In this document: positions 61,193 to 64,000 of the stretch, piece by piece
How positions within the stretch are numbered: position 1 is the stretch's first letter
Layout: the number at the start of each line of letters is the position of its first letter
From: Candidatus Omnitrophota bacterium
GTDB lineage: Bacteria; Omnitrophota; Gorgyraeia; Gygaellales; Profunditerraquicolaceae
DNA: 64,000 bases
NCBI GenBank assembly: GCA_028712175.1
Contig: JAQTQQ010000001.1
Location: forward strand, 96,992 to 160,991
Reading direction: 5' to 3'
The notes under the pieces: generated by a model
What the model saw: the letters and a program-made list of their open reading frames with translations, nothing else
Databases searched by the model: none
What the model was told of the DNA's origin: nothing
Position numbers and translations under genes: made by a program

Positions 61193-64000
61193 ATGAATAT
61201 ACAAGAGCAACAGACAGAAGCCAGGATTGAGCAACCAAAAAAAGAGTTCAAGTCAAATTTTAAGACTTGGATTCGCGTGGTTGCTTTTATTCTTTTAGCT
61301 GTCTTTTTGCCAGAACAGGTTGCCCAAGCTGCTGAATATGACTGGAGCGTTATTTGGAATAAGCCTGCTGCAGGCAGTATCGCTCCCAGGTACCTCAAGG
61401 ATATTAACAATATTGATACTGCTTTAACTATCCGTAACATTCTTAAAGATATAGCCAATAAACCAATAAACGCAATCAAGGTTTCGTCCAATCTGACTAT
61501 AAATCTAGATAAGCCTTTGAGAATGTCCAATCAGAGAATTAATGAAATTACTGAGTGGCTAAAAGGAAGGCCTTGCGGATCAAAAGCTCTTTATGACTAT
61601 TTGAACCATTCCGGGGTTAAAGCTGCTGAAGGGGATATCGCAATTATGGCTTTAACTGTTGATATCCTCAATGATGTGGTCAGACCGGAAGGTAGGCCTG
61701 AAGTCATTAAAAGCTCTTTGTATGCCCTTTCTGAAGCAGCTAAATTTTTCAAAGTCAATTTATTTCCGGTTAAGGTTGATTCTAGCATTGATCTTTCCAG
61801 CCTCACCCCATTTATCGCGCATTTTAAAAATGAACATTATGTTTTAGTTACGCGCGTAAGCGAAGATAAGATTTATTATAATCAGGATCACCGTGAGGAA
61901 TTTTTACCAAAAGATACATTTTTAGCCAAGTTTAGCGGTTATGCTTTAACTAATATATTACCGGCAAATCTGAAAGTTTTATCCCCGGCTGAAAGCAAAA
62001 AGATCTTGGGCGCCAGGTTAGATGATGGATCCGGAAGATATCCATCGCGTACTCCTTCTGCTCCGCCACCCACTACTCGCACTAATAGCTGGGTTAGTTA
62101 TCTGCCTTCCAGGCAGACCTATGGCCCGCAAACCTCTGTCAGGCAGGTAACAACTGTTCGGCCGACCACTATGGATACTTCATCAGGCGCGGGGGCTTGG
62201 GTTCCACCGGCAGGATCAGGTTCAGGGGTCACTATACAGTTCCGTACACCTGCAGGCAACGCACCGGTGAATTATACTTTTACATACGGTGGCGTAGTCC
62301 AGAGAGATGCTAATGACAGGCTTTACGTAAATGGCACGGATAGATTTGGTAAGGCTTTCCAGCTCTATCTCTCTGATGCGTCCAGAAGATCAGGTTCGGT
62401 TGTTGCAGGGCAGGATTTGGGCCAAACACAGGTTCGTGTTGTAGATACTTCTAGGAGGTTTGGAGAGGATCCGGGGACGGTTTTGGATTATCAAATTAGA
62501 AGCGTTGAAACAGGGAAATGGGTTCCTTTGCCCAGTTCCCATTCGATTTCTGAATTAATTGGGAACCGTACCCCCGGAGCACACGCTGAGACTGTGCGTA
62601 ATATTAATCCTACCGGAACATTGGGGTATAGTGACAGGCTATATGCGACTCTTATTAGCGGTACTTCCAGCAGCGGCTATTCAAACAGGGCACCTTTTCT
62701 TCTTACCGTCTTTCCGAATTTTAATGCCAGTTCCAACACTTTAAGTCTTGGATTAAGTTCATACTTTATTCCCGGGCAATTTTACGTCAATCGATCATCA
62801 GGAAGCCCTGCCCGTGTTATAGACAGGGCAATAAATAACAACGTATTGATAAAGCATATTCCTCAAGCACAGATGTATCAGGCTGCCAGAGAAATTAACT
62901 CCAGATTAGCAGCTTCCGGATCGCAGGCATATTGGGCCGTTCATTCTTCATATAACAATATGGGAGCAAGTATTTCTATTGCGGCTTCGCCTACCTTATC
63001 CATGGCATCGTTCCAGAGCTTACAGCCTTCTTCGCTCCAGGATTTACAGCCTATACTTTATGTGGTTCAGACAAATCAGCGCGGTATAGTGCCATCATAT
63101 ACAGGTTTTGCCGATTTACGCCAAGTGCCTTCTTTAACGAAAATTATGGAGCCAGCTGTTATTTTAGACGGCAACCAACAGCTCTTAGGCTATACCGGCC
63201 CCGATAAACTTATGTACTCTGCTACTATAAATGGACATGGTTTAGGATTGGTTTCGCCATTCGTCAATTTGGATTGGTCTGAGCGCGGTGGCTTACAGCC
63301 GGTATTTGAAAATGCCCGCTTTAGTGTCGTCGGAGATGCTTTAAACCCCGCAGGCTTCGGCACCTTAAGGGTGGGCGTAGACTTGACACAGGTTGATTTA
63401 ACAAAAAGCCCTACCCAGTTTCATGTCGGGTTAAGTTCAAACACCATAACCGGTTTTATCCCGGATTTTGCTCCGGATGAGGCATCTTTAAGGAATGTGC
63501 CTGTTGCCTTAAATATGTATTCAGGCTTAGAGACTTCGGGTATGTTGAGTACTGATCTTAACAGCCAAGGAACCCGTTACTGGAAAGTTGAGGATACCAG
63601 AATTACCGGATTTTCCAATATACGTTCCTGGTCAGGGATAATAGATTTAGCCCAGTGGTCGCTTGAGCCTAAACAAACGGAGCTGACCTTAAATATGCAA
63701 AATGTCCATTTGGTAGCCGGGCCAAAAGGTTCCAATCTGCCATTTGCTAAAGATGTCTTCATGCCTGCGAATGTGGCCATCTACGCTACTCCTACACAAT
63801 CGCATTTTGAGCGCTACGGAAGCGCAAATTATATTGGTTTAGCCGGCGGCGCGCAAATGAGCTTTACTACCAATGCTTCAAGCCTGGACCTTCTTAATGT
63901 AAATATTACTTTAAATAATACTTTAAGCGGGCAAGAACATACTTTTAACGGAATGGGCCAGGCGTGGCACCAAGTTTCTCTTGCAAACCTCTCAACTCCC
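61193..64000 (+). CDS. large membrane-anchored/secreted protein with C39-like papain-fold cysteine peptidase domain, Pro/Thr linker and large beta-rich domain (3' end outside window)
   Basis: I translated the + frame by hand from ATG 61193 to the window end (>935 codons) without meeting a stop. N-terminal 25 aa, then TM 'WIRVVAFILLAVFLPEQVAQA', a Cys motif 'GRPCGSKALYDYL', and a His motif 'NEHYVLVT'. It is absent from the ORF track because it has no in-window stop. Confidence 0.7.
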   Translation, partial: MNIQEQQTEARIEQPKKEFKSNFKTWIRVVAFILLAVFLPEQVAQAAEYDWSVIWNKPAAGSIAPRYLKDINNIDTALTIRNILKDIANKPINAIKVSSNLTINLDKPLRMSNQRINEITEWLKGRPCGSKALYDYLNHSGVKAAEGDIAIMALTVDILNDVVRPEGRPEVIKSSLYALSEAAKFFKVNLFPVKVDSSIDLSSLTPFIAHFKNEHYVLVTRVSEDKIYYNQDHREEFLPKDTFLAKFSGYALTNILPANLKVLSPAESKKILGARLDDGSGRYPSRTPSAPPPTTRTNSWVSYLPSRQTYGPQTSVRQVTTVRPTTMDTSSGAGAWVPPAGSGSGVTIQFRTPAGNAPVNYTFTYGGVVQRDANDRLYVNGTDRFGKAFQLYLSDASRRSGSVVAGQDLGQTQVRVVDTSRRFGEDPGTVLDYQIRSVETGKWVPLPSSHSISELIGNRTPGAHAETVRNINPTGTLGYSDRLYATLISGTSSSGYSNRAPFLLTVFPNFNASSNTLSLGLSSYFIPGQFYVNRSSGSPARVIDRAINNNVLIKHIPQAQMYQAAREINSRLAASGSQAYWAVHSSYNNMGASISIAASPTLSMASFQSLQPSSLQDLQPILYVVQTNQRGIVPSYTGFADLRQVPSLTKIMEPAVILDGNQQLLGYTGPDKLMYSATINGHGLGLVSPFVNLDWSERGGLQPVFENARFSVVGDALNPAGFGTLRVGVDLTQVDLTKSPTQFHVGLSSNTITGFIPDFAPDEASLRNVPVALNMYSGLETSGMLSTDLNSQGTRYWKVEDTRITGFSNIRSWSGIIDLAQWSLEPKQTELTLNMQNVHLVAGPKGSNLPFAKDVFMPANVAIYATPTQSHFERYGSANYIGLAGGAQMSFTTNASSLDLLNVNITLNNTLSGQEHTFNGMGQAWHQVSLANLSTP

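Noticed and set aside
61162-61530. 122-aa minus-strand ORF
   Set aside because: It is antisense to the start of the long + strand ORF, which has a promoter and a coherent domain structure, and its composition is not protein-like.
1-64000. Alternative genetic code (UGA recoding, as in some candidate phyla)
   Set aside because: TGA terminates several well-defined genes (for example the third rSAM gene at 33084-33086), and protein lengths are normal under the standard code.

Overview
This is a 64-kb, AT-rich (roughly 40% GC), very gene-dense bacterial chromosomal segment with almost all genes on the + strand and standard genetic code (TGA is used as a stop codon). It most resembles an uncultivated anaerobe, but I cannot assign a taxon from sequence alone. 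Contents in order:

- **1-2.6 kb:** the 3' end of a 2-oxoacid:ferredoxin oxidoreductase operon (beta fragment, gamma), then gltX.
- **3.1-3.4 kb:** tRNA-Gln(CUG), followed by a 27-bp duplicate of its own 3' end 190 bp downstream.
- **4.0-11.0 kb:** a GIY-YIG protein, an NhaP2-type K+/H+ antiporter, and a trehalose locus. The OtsA here is fused to an N-terminal transmembrane sensor plus HAMP module; it is followed by otsB, a repeat-containing hypothetical, and a TreT-like GT4.
- **11.2-17.6 kb:** ExbB/ExbD-family proteins, a Ca/Mg-type P-type ATPase and TPR proteins.
- **17.6-37.6 kb:** a large surface-glycan locus. It holds an O-antigen-ligase-like protein, GT4 and GT2 transferases, a WecA/MraY-like initiating transferase, an FAD oxidoreductase and a Wzm/Wzt-type ABC exporter. 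The Wzt carries a ~680-aa C-terminal extension made of three copies of a ~100-aa domain.
- **25.8-33.2 kb (inside the glycan locus):** the same ~100-aa domain recurs at the N-terminus of the next gene, a 1261-aa protein built from two tandem B12-binding radical-SAM units. Three tandem paralogous radical-SAM/SPASM enzymes and an unannotated 39-aa hydrophobic peptide follow. I consider this the most likely undescribed system in the window.
- **37.7-41.4 kb:** tRNA-Leu(GAG), then a minus-strand operon of a FIST-like protein, a histidine kinase and a response regulator with a GGDDF-variant GGDEF domain.
- **41.4-43.5 kb:** tRNA-Glu(CUC) and a CPBP protease with a long N-terminal extension.
- **43.9-59.7 kb:** a complete Tad/Flp pilus locus.
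  - Core components: a parvulin PPIase, CpaB, a secretin fused to a TonB C-terminal domain, a CpaE-CpaF fusion ATPase, DUF192 and a coiled-coil protein with a tandem DNA repeat.
  - Pilins: at least eight Flp-type pilin paralogs (four under 60 aa and absent from the ORF track, several with long C-terminal tails), two TadE-like and one TadG-like protein.
  - TadB and TadC close the locus. No prepilin peptidase is seen.
- **59.8-60.6 kb:** a RAYT / IS200-like Y1 transposase flanked by 25-bp perfect inverted repeats, with a hairpin that sequesters its Shine-Dalgarno.
- **60.9-64.0 kb:** a near-consensus sigma70 promoter, a ~270-nt leader, and a >935-codon open reading frame that runs off the window end. 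It encodes a membrane-anchored protein with an apparent C39-like cysteine-peptidase domain and is missing from the ORF track because it has no stop in the window.
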